DNA from: Vitrella brassicaformis CCMP3155
Lineage: Eukaryota > Protista > Chromerida
DNA: 64,000 nt
Assembly: GCA_001179505.1 (NCBI GenBank)
Contig: CDMY01000478.1
Location: 1-64,000 of the forward strand
Reading direction: 5' to 3'
Of this stretch, positions 11,701-23,110 are shown in pieces (position 1 is the stretch's first letter; the number at the start of each line of letters is the position of its first letter). The notes beneath the pieces were generated by a model. It saw nothing but the letters and a program-made list of their open reading frames with translations. It was not told the DNA's origin and did not search any database. The translations under genes were made by a program, and so were the position numbers.

Positions 11701-12347
11701 GGCGGACAGCCCGCAAGGGGTCATGAAGCTTAACAGCGATGCCAACTCGTCATTGCCGAGACGGTCAACGGCCTGACAGGGAGAGGGAAAGCAACGATGA
11801 AGGGTGAACAGACCGGAGAAAGGGGTGGCATCCGTGTGCTGTGTGTAGGGTATGTGTACCTTCTTGCTGCCGTAGTGTGTTTCCTTGAGCGGCTTCCTTG
11901 AGCGGAGATAACGGAAGCCGTCACACACCTGCACTCAGACAGAATGGGCACATGAGTGGACCAACGAGGCAGTTAGCTTCTCGTACGTAAGCTCACCGCG
12001 TGTGGCGTCAGCTCTGTGGGTGGAATGGTCTTGGTCGGCACAGTGACTTTGAAGTCCTCCCCGCCGCCCACCTCCCGGAAGTACACCGTCCTCCCATCGA
12101 TGCGGTAGACGTCCGCCTTGACCCACTCCTGCTCGCCTTCGTCACGCTTCTCCGTCACCACCCACACACGACTGCCCTTCTGGTCACCACAGGGCCCACG
12201 GCATGGCGCCACCTGATGAAACGAACAAAGGAGGCAGACCTCAGCAACGAATGAGTCTGGGTGTCTGGGTGGCCCACATACATGCGGTGCTGGTGCCGCT
12301 GCTGCAGCTGGTGACGACGATGATGACTGTGCAGCTTGAGCCGCCAT
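8720..12347 (-). CDS. Member of the expanded lineage-specific LRR-like family, with an N-terminal SH3-fold-like module and a Pro-rich C-terminal tail; multi-exon
   Basis: Phase-consistent exons run MAAQAAQ... | VAPC...KGSRVWVVTEKRDEGEQEWVKADVYRIDGRTVYFRE | VCDGF...KK | AVDRLGNDELASLLSFM... (ORF 9796..11934) | VADRTVYPAADVLAGVKALCRLRDL... | ... | VAAPVAAAAPGFSPSPVPYQ... The core is homologous to 48496..50366 (WC...F..IVEGH.AGRR; L..RGW.MP.LE; L.SRGC..S). The linkage of the 8720-9520 exons is less certain. Confidence 0.7.
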
Positions 12348-14640
12348 CACTGTCACCGAGGCTGAAGGCAAAGCACATGTGTGATGGTGTGATGGCAGCG
12401 GGTGTTGCTCACCAGGCGATGTGACGATGGGTAGGTGTAGGCCGCCTCCGTCTGGCCACTCATCTGTACGCGAGGGAGCCGGGGCGCCAGTTGAGGCGGG
12501 CGGACAAGGAGATGAGGTGACGCAATCGCATTTCCTCAAATCCTTTGCAGAATTGCACCTACCGACCTGTTCTACGGTGCCCACTGGCCTCCTCTCTTTC
12601 GACAGCTACAGAATGTTTAGTATGGAGGCCGGATCGTGGAAGCTGAGCGAGCAACTTGAAGGAAGCCACACCCCGCGAGCAACACTATCCTTCCCTGGAA
12701 GCTGCTGCTCGGCAGCAAGCATCGATTCAGCAGCCGGCATCCATAGGAGCAGATGGGTTCGACCGGCAGGCGCATCGTCAGATGCTCAAGCCCCGCCAAG
12801 TGATTGATGTGTTCATCGAAAGTCCAGGTCGAGTCTGTTGGTCCAGGTCGATGTAATGAACTGCGTCAACATCGACCAACATGCCAGCACCATCCTCAGC
12901 GCCCGCCTGGCGCGTATCTTCTAGCGGCGCCGCCCACCCTGCACACACATACTCGCACTACGCGCCAACGCAACAGACAGACGAGCACGAACCCACCCCA
13001 TCACCTGGCCGTACGACTTGCCTGCCCACGCAGCCCGAAAGTCCAGGTCGCCTTACATTCACACTGGGACGACAGTGCGCTGTCACCGGCAGCTATGAAG
13101 AATGAAGGACCACACACACACACACACGAGGGTAAAGGCCAAGAACACATATATAGAGAGCCAAGTTGTCACGCCAATACTCAAATGGCTGCCGCCGACG
13201 GCCGGGATGGGAAAAGGAGAGCGATGCCGAGTACAAAGGCGATCTTCATGGCGTGACGATGGCACAATGTCATCTGTCATCTGGGGGGCGCGCAGGACAC
13301 AAGCGATGAATGACGCTACCAAGTCAGTGCTGTCTGTCTGTCAGTGAGTCAGTGGGTGAGGTCAGCTACTCACTTATATCCACCCACCATAAACACACTG
13401 CATTCAGGTAAGGTAGGTGGTGTGTGAGTGGGATCAGATGAGTGTAGTGCATGGCCATTCAGACAGTCAGCCCGTCCGTGTGTGGTGTGTGTATGTGTGT
13501 GTGCCTACACATTAAAACACCTGGCTGGTGAAACAAACAGGAGGAAGTGTTCTCCTCTCTCGGTGCACGCCTGGCTAGAACAGGTCAGGTCAGGTCAGGT
13601 CAGGGGGAAAAACAAAGACAGGAAAACTGCATGAAAAGTCATTCACAAATAAGTCAGTCACGCAACCAGAAAGTACCCACCAGAAAGTGCCAATGTCTAC
13701 ACCGACACTCCGACATGATGGTGTGCTTACACACCATTGCCCCTCCCCGCAATCCACCCCCTCCTCACGCTCGCACGCACTCGCCCAGAGGAAGTACCAG
13801 AAAGTATCTATCGTCTGTCAGAGAAGTGCCGTACGCATACACCCCGACACGCCCGCTCATCCTTTATCAATCTCTGCCGGCCGAAAGAGCTCACAAGTGC
13901 GCAGACCGGCTGGCCCAGCGGCCCCATGCACCACACCCACAGTACACCGTCACAGACATGATGCACGCCACCACGCTCCACTCTCTCCAAGGTGACCGGC
14001 CGGCGCGCCACAAACGGCGCTCACCCGACGGCTCCAGCTCGTCCAGCGACACAGACGGACGGGCGCGGGGAACCTTGGCAGCAGCCAGGGTGTAGCGGCC
14101 ATACTGTCGTGACTCGGTGGTATGGCTCCGACGGGCCACTCGCCCTCTCCCTCGGCCAGACTGACTCACCGGTGTGTTAATTGGCCGCGCCATCTGGCAT
14201 CACTCGGGCCCCCCCATCAAGGCGTTCAAGACCGCTCACTCACTGAGGAGTGTACGGCTTACTAACCTGCAGACAGACAACAAACACACCGAGACATCCA
14301 CACAGGTTGGGCCGTGTCTGTCTGTCTCAGTCGCGTGCGCCCATGCGTAGGCACTTACCCAGACGAGAAGGGCCCTTAGCCGACGGCCTGTGGTGGCCGG
14401 AGAAGGCAGGATGGCGTCATTGTGTCTGTCGATGGCCACGGTGCCGTGTTTGAAGATCTCGTAGCCCATCGATGGGGGCAAGGGGTTCTGCCTCTTGCCC
14501 GCTCTCGCGAGGGGCGCGGTAGGTCTGCACTGATGCAGCCGGTCGGCTGCGAATGGTGCGGCTGGGGAGGGGAGGTAGGTCGGCTGCTGAGTGTCTCGCT
14601 CGTAGTAGAGCTGGCCTTAGTGTGTGGGCTGCTGTGGCCG

Positions 14641-14770
14641 ACGGGTCTGCCGGATGGCCTCGCCCGTCAAGCGCCGAGTGACCAACGGGTCTGCCGGATG
14701 GCCTCGCCCGTCAAGCGCCGAGTGATCAACGGGTCTGCCGGATGGCCTCGCCCGTCGGTTGCCGAGTGAG
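14641..14770. repeat. Tandem repeat of a 44-bp unit, about 3 copies
   Basis: acgggtctgccggatggcctcgcccgtcaagcgccgagtga(c/t)ca starts at 14641, 14685 and 14729; the third copy is diverged. Confidence 0.95.
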
Positions 14771-17700
14771 AAGGAGGTTGGTCTTGAGGTCCTTGATGCC
14801 GTGGATCTCCCCAAGCAGCCTGAGGATGGCTGACACCCGCGGGTTGCGGCGGCCGAAGTCTTGCTCTCCTTGCACGCCTCCAGGATCTTGCACGCAAGCA
14901 GCAGCAGCAGGATCGTCAGAGTGCCGGTCTCGTGGGCGTGCACCAGCATCTCCCTGACGCTCATGTCCTTGGCCGCGCCAATATGGTGTGGCTGCGCGCT
15001 ATGGTCAGCTGGCCCACGAAGGCACCCAGGTTCTTTCAAGAGCGACTGGCGGTAGGCGAAGGTCTCGTCGCCGGCGGCGTCGACGAAGCTGAGCATGGAC
15101 GAGATGACTCTGTGTGTGGAAGATGACCCGATCCATGAGCTTCGGGTGGGCCTGGTAGCCGTCGCCGCCCGTGGTGAGCTTGTCGCAGGGCGTGCAGGTG
15201 GGTCTCCTTGGAGGCGCGCTTGCTGACGATGTAGAAGTCCAGCAGTGGGTACTGTACAGATCGTCGGTGATTACAGCAGAGGCAAAACGCGCCTGAGATA
15301 TCTGCGATCGATCGATCGACCGACACACAGAGATCTCGATGGATGCCTTCCTTCTCCATTCATTTGTGTGTGTGTTGTGGGGCCAGCCACTGTCTGTCTG
15401 TGTGATCTACCTTCTGCTCGACATTGGCTATGGTGACGGTGTTGAATATCTGCACGAACTGGTCGCTGATGGGCGGTGGGGGCCCGATGATCTCCCGCAT
15501 CAACTCCTGCTCATGCATCAGCATCTCCACGTTGCCAAGACCGGACCCTCCCATCGCACCAGCCGCCTGCTGCGCTTGGCTGCTGAGCCGTACCCGCACC
15601 GGGCATCAAACCGCCGGGACGTTTGGGGCGGGACTTTTTGGCAGACTGCAAAAGCCCTCCCNNNNNNNNNNNNNNNNNNNNNNNNNNNNNNNNNNNNNNN
15701 NNNNNNNNNNNNNNNNNNNNNNNNNNNNNNNNNNNNNNNNNNNNNNNNNNNNNNNNNNNNNNNNNNNNNNNNNNNNNNNNNNNNNNNNNNNNNNNNNNNN
15801 NNNNNNNNNNNNNNNNNNNNNNNNNNNNNNNNNNNNNNNNNNNNNNNNNNNNNNNNNNNNNNNNNNNNNNNNNNNNNNNNNNNNNNNNNNNNNNNNNNNN
15901 NNNNNNNNNNNNNNNNNNNNNNNNNNNNNNNNNNNNNNNNNNNNNNNNNNNNNNNNNNNNNCGCCAATATGGTGTGGCTGCGCGCTATGGTCAGCTGGCC
16001 CACGAAGGCACCCAGGTTCTTTCAAGAGCGACTGGCGGTAGGCGAAGGTCTCGTCGCCGGCGGCGTCGACGAAGCTGAGCATGGACGAGATGACTCTGTG
16101 TGTGGAAGATGACCCGATCCATGAGCTTCGGGTGGGCCTGGTAGCCGTCGCCGCCCGTGGTGAGCTTGTCGCAGGGCGTGCAGGTGGGTCTCCTTGGAGG
16201 CGCGCTTGCTGACGATGTAGAAGTCCAGCAGTGGGTACTGTACAGATCGTCGGTGATTACAGCAGAGGCAAAACGCGCCTGAGATATCTGCGATCGATCG
16301 ATCGACCGACACACAGAGATCTCGATGGATGCCTTCCTTCTCCATTCATTTGTGTGTGTGTTGTGGGGCCAGCCACTGTCTGTCTGTGTGACCTACCTTC
16401 TGCTCGACATTGGCTATGGTGACGGTGTTGAATATCTGCACGAACTGGTCGCTGATGGGCGGTGGGGGCCCGATGATCTCCCGCATCAACTCCTGCTCAT
16501 GCATCAGCATCTCCACGTTGCCAAGACCGGACCCTCCCATCGCACCAGCCGCCTGCTGCGCTTGGCTGCTGAGCCGTACCCGCACCGGGCATCAAACCGC
16601 CGGGACGTTTGGGGCGGGACTTTTTGGCAGACTGCAAAAGCCCTCCCAGCCCTGCCTGCCACGCAGGGCCCTGTGGGTGCCGGGGGCATGCCGCTGACCC
16701 TATCACCGCTGGGCCCTGCGATAGATACCTCAGGCACCGCACCTGACATACACACATACAGACGAGAGGAGCAGACATGAATGAAGGCTCGCCCGTTGTG
16801 TTTGTGTGTGTCTCCTGTGTGTGTACCTTGTCCAATCACGGCGGTCCCTGCGACCCCTGTCCATCGAGGGGTCGGCCAGCTGCCCTCCCACACCATACGC
16901 GAAGGCCTGGGTGCCACCCATATCGGGCTGAGGGCCGCCACCAGCGACGGGAGGCGCCGCTCCCTCGCCCGGTACAGCAGCGCGTTGCTGGGCCTTTTCT
17001 TTGCTGGTCTCGTCGATGAGGTAGCTGACGTAGTGCGTGTGCGTCCCTGGGTGCGATGACGAGCTCGCGCAGGTGGCCTGGGAAGATGCTGAAGAGCGAG
17101 CTGATGAAGTGGGAGTACTGGCCGGAGACCTCCTGGATGTAGCCGATGGGCATGAGGGTTATCTGGCCGCTGGGGTCCTTGCCCACAGGCGTGTGCACCA
17201 CAGCGAGCCGGAACACTGAGAGATCGCAATAAACAGAGACACACACATCCCCACCTTAAGAGTGCGAGTGACACAGGCACGGGCCGGTCAGTGAGTGCAT
17301 TGTGTTGCTCACCCTTTCGAGCGCCACGATGCCAAAGGCGAAGATGCGTTGATTGGGCGACTTCTTGAGCGCCTCGAGCACCGTGCGGACGTCAGGCAGC
17401 ACCGAATACCGTGGCGGTATTCTTGAGCTCGTGGGTCGGATACTTGGGGAAGTACTTGCTCCCCTGGATCAGCACGCAAACACATGGCTACCCATCTCCC
17501 GCTGGCTGGTGCCGGAATCGCTCGTGATCAGATCCTTTATCAGCCGCTCGTGATCAGATTCCTTCTCCATCTCCTCGAGCGGCCCCAGCGGCACGTCAGC
17601 CGGACGCAATCCATGCGGGTTAGGAAGCAAGAAGGTGCTCTCACCAGTGGGCGCCGCGGCCGCCAGCTCCACGCCCTCTCCTTGCCCGCCCCGCTCGCCT

Positions 17701-18500
17701 GCGTCTTGCTCAGCTGCCGCGGTTTTCATGGGTCTATTGGACTTCTCCTGCCCATGGCGACTGCGGCAGGCTGGTTCTCGGTCCGTTGTGGTTGGCAGCA
17801 GCGTGGGGGCTGTTGGGCGCCTCCGGCGCCTTGTCGGTCTCCCCGTTGTGCGCTGCGGCGGCCGCGGACGAGGCCGTGTGGTTGGCAGAGAGCGTAGAGA
17901 GCTCCGGGAAGCCTGAGACAGGCAGACAGACAGACAGACGCATGAATGAGAAGCCCGACTCTGTCTTTCCCTCTGTCTGTCTGTCTGTCTGTGTGTATGC
18001 GTACCTGGATGGCAGCAGCGACGAGCGAGCTGTACTCCTTGTCTTGTGTGTGGTGTCCTTGACGTCGATGCCTGTCGAGAAGGGCTGCAGGATCGACATG
18101 AGCTGCCCGCTTGACGTGGTCCCGCACCTCGGTCCGGGGCATCTTGCTCTTGAGGAATGCCACGCAGCCCGCGATGGCGGCGTTGACGTCATGGCGCAGC
18201 TGATGCGTCAGCCACTGGTTGAGGTTGAGGTTCTCACACTGGACGAGCCCGTCGCTTAAACAGGAAGGGCGACGTGCTCGTCTGCATCAGCACCGCGTTA
18301 AGGCCCACCCGCCTCTCGTCGAGCACGTGTCGAGCAGTTTCCGCAGGACACACCCGGGGTCCCGCGCCCACATGTTGTTGAGGATGACCGTGAAGTGCCG
18401 GGGGAAGTCTGTCACCACCCGCCGCTGCACCGCCTTGGTGTTGCTGTGAGTCTGCGTGAAGTACTCGGGCACCAGCTGGTCCAGTAGCCACTGACCCACA
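14770..18500 (-). pseudogene. NOT1: Degenerate, truncated CCR4-NOT subunit 1 (NOT1) copy covering the HEAT, TTP-binding and CAF1-binding (MIF4G) regions
   Basis: NOT1 motifs are spread over shifting frames: KYFPKYPTHELKNTATVFG; RTVLEALKKSPNQRIFAFGIVALE; PPPPISDQFVQIFNTVTIANVEQK; YIVSKRASKETHLHAL/CDKL; LLK/NLGAFVGQLTIARSHTILA/KDMSVREMLVHAHETG..ACKILEACKESK/FGRRNPRVSAILRLLGEIHGIKDLKTNL. Several frameshifts fall inside exons, and homology stops near 14770. Confidence 0.8.
15662..15961. other. Assembly gap (300 N) flanked by a 686-bp near-identical duplication (14976-15661 vs 15962-16647)
   Basis: A run of N. The flanks repeat at an offset of 986 with at least one substitution (gtgatc vs gtgacc), typical of unmerged contig overlap or haplotypes. 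Confidence 0.95.
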
Positions 18501-18716
18501 CACGTGAGGGTCCGCCATGTGGGCGGCGTCGTGAGGGATGCCAGCTAGTGCCGTGTTGAGCTCGTCGCTGTCTGCTTGCCCAGCAACGACTCGCTGAAGG
18601 CTCCTAACCCCTCCTCTCCGCCACCCTCCCCATCACCGTCGAGCAAACCCTCCTCCTCGCCGTCATTGTCACCACTGTCACCACTGTCAAACGTCCGGCT
18701 CCACCAGCCCGCCGTC

Positions 18717-18818
18717 GTTGACAATGTCCGCCTCAATCACCTCATTGTTGCCGTGCTCGTCCGCCACGTTGACAATGTCCGCCTCAATCACCTCATTGTT
18801 GCCGTGCTCGTCCGCCAC
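18717..18818. repeat. Perfect 51-bp tandem duplication (VADEHGNNEVIEADIVN x2 on the minus strand)
   Basis: gttgacaatgtccgcctcaatcacctcattgttgccgtgctcgtccgccac occurs twice in tandem. Confidence 0.95.
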
Positions 18819-18849
18819 CACATCGGTGTGGTCGGTGGCTGCGATGCCT

Positions 18850-21704
18850 TCAAGCCCTCCCCAGCTCATGGTCCTCCCGCGCCATCCTCTCCTGCTCCAC
18901 CAGCTCCTCCACAGTCAGCCGATCTCTCTCGTCTGGGGCCATCCCTCCCTTGATGAGCCGCGAGGCCATCTCAAGGTCTCGCACGGCCTCCTGCCGCTCC
19001 TCCACCCGTATGGCCTCGTCCCTGCTCCGGTCCTCGTCCCAGCTGCCCTGGATGATCTCTGCGGCGGCCTTCTCGACTATTTGCACCAGCCAGCGGTGTC
19101 GGTCCTCGGCCCGCTGCAGCGTGACCAGCTGGCTGGCGGTCTCGGCAAGGGATGCCAGCTCGGTGGGCGTGGCTGTGGGGCTGGCTGCCGTCTCGACGGC
19201 CTTGCGCAACGCCGCTGTCTCCTCCTCCATGGGGGCCGCGAAGTACTGCTCGAAGGCGGGAGTGATGCTCTTGCCCTTGAAATAGAAGACGGTGAAGAAC
19301 TGCTGGTGGGCTGGGCTGTCGGGGGCGAAGAACTTTCCCCTATGGTTGAGGACCTTGTCCATGTGGGGGGACAGCAGCAGGTGGACCAGGAGCGAGCACA
19401 GGCCGTATGTGTCGGCGGCCCGACTGAAGGGGCCGTGCTCGGGAGGAGCGGCGCCACTGCAGAGGTGCCCCACTGTGCGGCGGAGGCTGGTGAGGGACTT
19501 GAGGTTGCTGGCGGGGTCCGTGTGCGGGGGGTTGATGGGCGACAGGTCAACGTCCTTGGCGTGTGTGGGTGGGGGCTCGAGGGGTGACTCGGCCGCGGCG
19601 ATGGCCTGGGACATCTCCAGGTCCACCCACCGGTCGGCCAGATGCCCGCCCATCACCCCATCGCTGGATGGTCGCCACTCCACCAGAATGTTGGTGCCGC
19701 TGGCGTCGCCGTGGATCACCCCAGAGGCGAAGATGTCCGCCAGGGAGGCCAGTGCGGACAGGGCGAGGGCTCGGTAGTGGGGGGAACTCACGGCGAGCTG
19801 CTCGAGGGTGGTGGTCAGCCTGTCGGTCTTGTTGAGCAGGTCCATGTCTGGCAGCAGGTCGGCCCTGGTGGAGATGAGGTCGGCGAGCGACACGGCGTCC
19901 GACCATACAGGGTCCTGCAATGCCGCATCGATGGCCGCCTGCTGCTCCGCGTTCCTCCTGGCCTCCTCCGCCTGAGCAGCCAGTGCCGGCCCCCTCTCCG
20001 CATAGAAAGCGGCCAGCGTGGCGGGGCTGACGGCGTCTTCGAGGCGGACGCCCGTGAACTCCTCCGACTGCATCTCCCTGTCGAACTCCTCCCTGGCGGC
20101 GTCGATGGCGGGCGATGCGCGGGAGTCCAGTTGCTGGCGCAGCTGCTCGGCCACTGGTGGTGGGAGGAAACCTGCAAAAAGATGTATACCGAAATGTAGG
20201 AAGCGGTCAGTGCCCCGCCCTCGTGTTGTGTGGGTAGGCTTACTGATGTAGTCGGAGAGGTAGAAGAAGCCCCTCACGCCTACAACAGTGTCCCGAAATG
20301 GCCTCTGCTGCCGCACGAACTGCACTGGGTAGACGCCCGGCGCTGCCTCGCCTCGCCCTTGTGGCCAGGGGAAGACATGGCCGGCCGGCACGTGCCCATA
20401 GGCCGCCAGTCGTGGGACGATGCTGCCTCTTCTCGCCGCCAGTCGACTTATCACCGCCACCTCGTGCCTCAGCTTGTTGCCCAGCTGCACCACATGAGCG
20501 CCGCTGAGCTCAGCGGCTGGGGGCTCCCCCATGCCCTGTGGCAGGGCGCACTTGAGGACGAGGCGGCGGCCGGCTGACTGGCCCTCGACGACAGCGAAGG
20601 CCGTGTTACTCTGCAGCAGGTGCTGGCCGGCTGCTCGGAAACTAGACAAGAGATCCAGCGACTCGGGCGTGATGGTGGGCGGGCCATCCGTGTCCGTTGG
20701 TGGGGCAGGGGCGAGCCTCGCTTGTGGCAGCAGCGGCGACGACGCATCTGACCCCCCCTCGTCCTCCGTGTCGCCCTCTGCCGGCAGGCCTGCGATGGGC
20801 TGTTGCCGCTGGTGGCAGTCCTCCTCCTCTATCAACACCTCTCTCTCCTCTCTCCTCCCCTCCCCACAGCTCCCCTCTCCCTCCGTGGCTGGTGCTGGCG
20901 ATGGCGGTGACGGTGCGGGCGGGGCTTGGGGTGGGGCTTGGGGTCTGGCGCGGCTGTCCTCCTCGTCTATCAACACCTCCTCCTCCTCATCCTCCTCCTC
21001 CCTCCTCTCCCTCTCGCCTCCCTCCTGCTGCCGCTGGTGGCTGGTGGCTGGCAGACTGCGGCTGTCCTCCTCCTCGCCCATCATCACCTCCTCCTCCTCC
21101 TTGTCCCTCCTCATCTCCCTCTCCCTTCCCTCTCCCTCCCTGGCAGGGGCAGCAGCCGGCGGGATGACCATCCTGGACCTCGCGATGGGCGGGCGGATGG
21201 CTGCAGCGTGGCGCTGCGTGCGGCCAGTGCGCATGAGCCGATGTGGGGCGCCATACAGGCGGATGGCGGAACAAAGCCCCAGCCAGGAGCATGCGCGGCC
21301 GGAACACCCGATGCAGCGATGGGAGGCGGCTGGTAGAGGTGCTGCTGCATCGTGTTGGGCGGGGCCGGCATGGCAGGTGGCGCATGCGCGCCGATGGGCG
21401 CCGCGGTCGCACCATACGAGTCCTGCCGAGCCCGGAGGCAAGGCGGACAGACGAATGGGTTGACGCGCGTGCGCCAGGGAGCGCCACGCGTGTGGGGTGT
21501 GCGTCGCGGCGTTCGCGCTGGCGGTTTGCACCGCCTCCGAGCGGGGGTCCGCTCTGTCAGCCTGAGGGGCACAGGGGGAGGGGGCGGCCACATGCAAGAG
21601 GGGTGTTGCGGGTGCTGGTGCTGCTGTTGCTGCTGATAGAGCTGCGTGAGGGCGGGTGCCATCCCGCAGAGGACGACCTGCTGCTCATATACGAATGAAG
21701 GCAT
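18850..21704 (-). CDS. Divergent protein kinase-like protein with a low-complexity Q/P and acidic N-terminus
   Basis: ORF 18850..21597 contains RRLVLKC (beta3 Lys), LRHEVAVISRL (alphaC Glu), IHGDASGTNILV (catalytic loop), WVDLEMSQ (DFG equivalent), DTYGLCSLLVHLL (alphaF) and DERDRLTVEELV (subdomain XI). There is an in-frame GT-AG intron at 20172-20243. The N-terminus is probably in ORF 21111..21704. Confidence 0.75.
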
Positions 21705-22879
21705 CGTCGTTGTTGCCGTCGATGTCCTTGAATATGAGCAGCAGGCAAGAAAGAAGAGCTCGCAGATAAGCTCGCAGGCTCGGAAGGAGAAGAGAGGAGA
21801 AAAATGCGCATTGACGGTCTAGATACGTCAGGGACCAGCTCATATCTCGAGCACTGCAGTGTGTTGGGGTGCATGGGCGCCGTGTGTGCGTCTGCGTGCA
21901 GGCAGCCGCAAGGAGCACGATATTTGAAGAGATGCACTGACATAGGTGAAGGACGCAACACTGACACACTCTGGCGTATGTACCGCTGGGCCATGGGTTG
22001 TGGCTGCAGGCGTGGTCTCACCTGTCCAGTCCTATGGGTGGCTCACGGTCATTCACACACCTGGCACAGCTGCCGTGCGACTTTATCTAATGCCCGATGA
22101 TCCCCATGTAGCTGTGGATGGGTGTGTCGGCTTTCCAATCGCTGCTGTGTGTCGGCAGATATGTGGCGCTGCCTATCGTCGTTTTGGTTGATCTGTCGTC
22201 AAGTAGAGTATTCGCCCGTGTTCGTAGTCGCCTGGATACACAGTGGGAGGGATGGAGGTGGTGCTGGTCGTTGTTGCGGCTCTCTTGCTGGCCGTCCACA
22301 CAAGTAAGAGCAGAGAGGCACCACACAAGTAAGAGCAGAGAGGTTCTCCACTGCTGTTCTGCTGTGTGCAGGTTCGCCGTCTGTCGTCACAGCTTTACTC
22401 TCTTGCTGACCTGCCGTGACGACACCAGCAGCGGCCCATCAGCACTGTGTGTGTCGGCCATTGTGCGTCTCTATCTGAAGGGCGGCAGCAGAGGGAGACT
22501 AATCTCGCACACACCGCACGGGTGGCTGTCTGGGGTCTGCCTGATGTCGCACTTTGGGACGTGTTTCGTTTGGATCTCTCTCGCCCTTCATGGGTTCCCT
22601 GCTGAGCTGCTGCTTCTTTGCCCCGCTGTTTGTCGGACTGTGTGGATGCCTGCACACCAACACACAGGTCAGTTTGTCGGCAGCGCCGGCCGCACACAAA
22701 CAGGCAGAGAGCACAGACACCGACATCAATCTCTCTCTCTCTCTCTCTGTGCGTGTGTGTGCAGCCGTCTACTGATCCATCATTGTTCATCGGCCCCGCC
22801 CCCCTCACTGCGTCGCGGCCGCCCCCACTCGCCACTCCCGCCGCCCCTTCGCCACTCACAAGGCCCTTCGCCAGCGGGA

Positions 22880-23110
22880 ACCGTCATGACTGGGCTGGCC
22901 TGGCTGGCAGCTCACGTCACCGTTGACCTCATCTACAGAATGGTCAAGAGGCACCCGTCATACCCACCCGGTGAGCTACATGGGCGTTGCAGTCCACACC
23001 CTCGAGGAGCGCACCGTCGACGTCGGCCTGCCCGTCAGTGAGGGACTTGCCGGCAAGGGCGACAGCTCCTTCGACCCCATCCGCCTTATCGTCCAACGGC
23101 CGCCGAGTGA
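22880..23110 (+). pseudogene. Orphan fragment of a Crinkler-like ubiquitin-fold header exon
   Basis: TLEERTVDVGLPVSEGLAGKGDSSFDPIRLIVQRPP resembles the header end of 53029-53319 (VMEVNLDASVTDALAGRGDSQDMPIVYRFP) and is followed by a gtgagt donor. No downstream coding exon was found. Confidence 0.45.

Noticed and set aside
12600-14500. Scattered ORFs and a short repeated gaaagtccaggtcg motif
   Set aside because: No coherent gene model or motif could be supported.
14641-14770. CRISPR-like array (palindromic ~44-bp repeats)
   Set aside because: The units are contiguous with no unique spacers, there are no cas genes, and the context is eukaryotic.
15230-15260. Argonaute/Piwi similarity of DFYIVSKRASKE
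   Set aside because: The surrounding motifs identify it as the NOT1 YLVxKRxSxE segment.
14976-16647. 686-bp tandem duplication around the N gap as a real duplication
   Set aside because: The copies abut a fixed 300-N gap and are almost identical, which is the classic pattern of unmerged contig ends or haplotypes.
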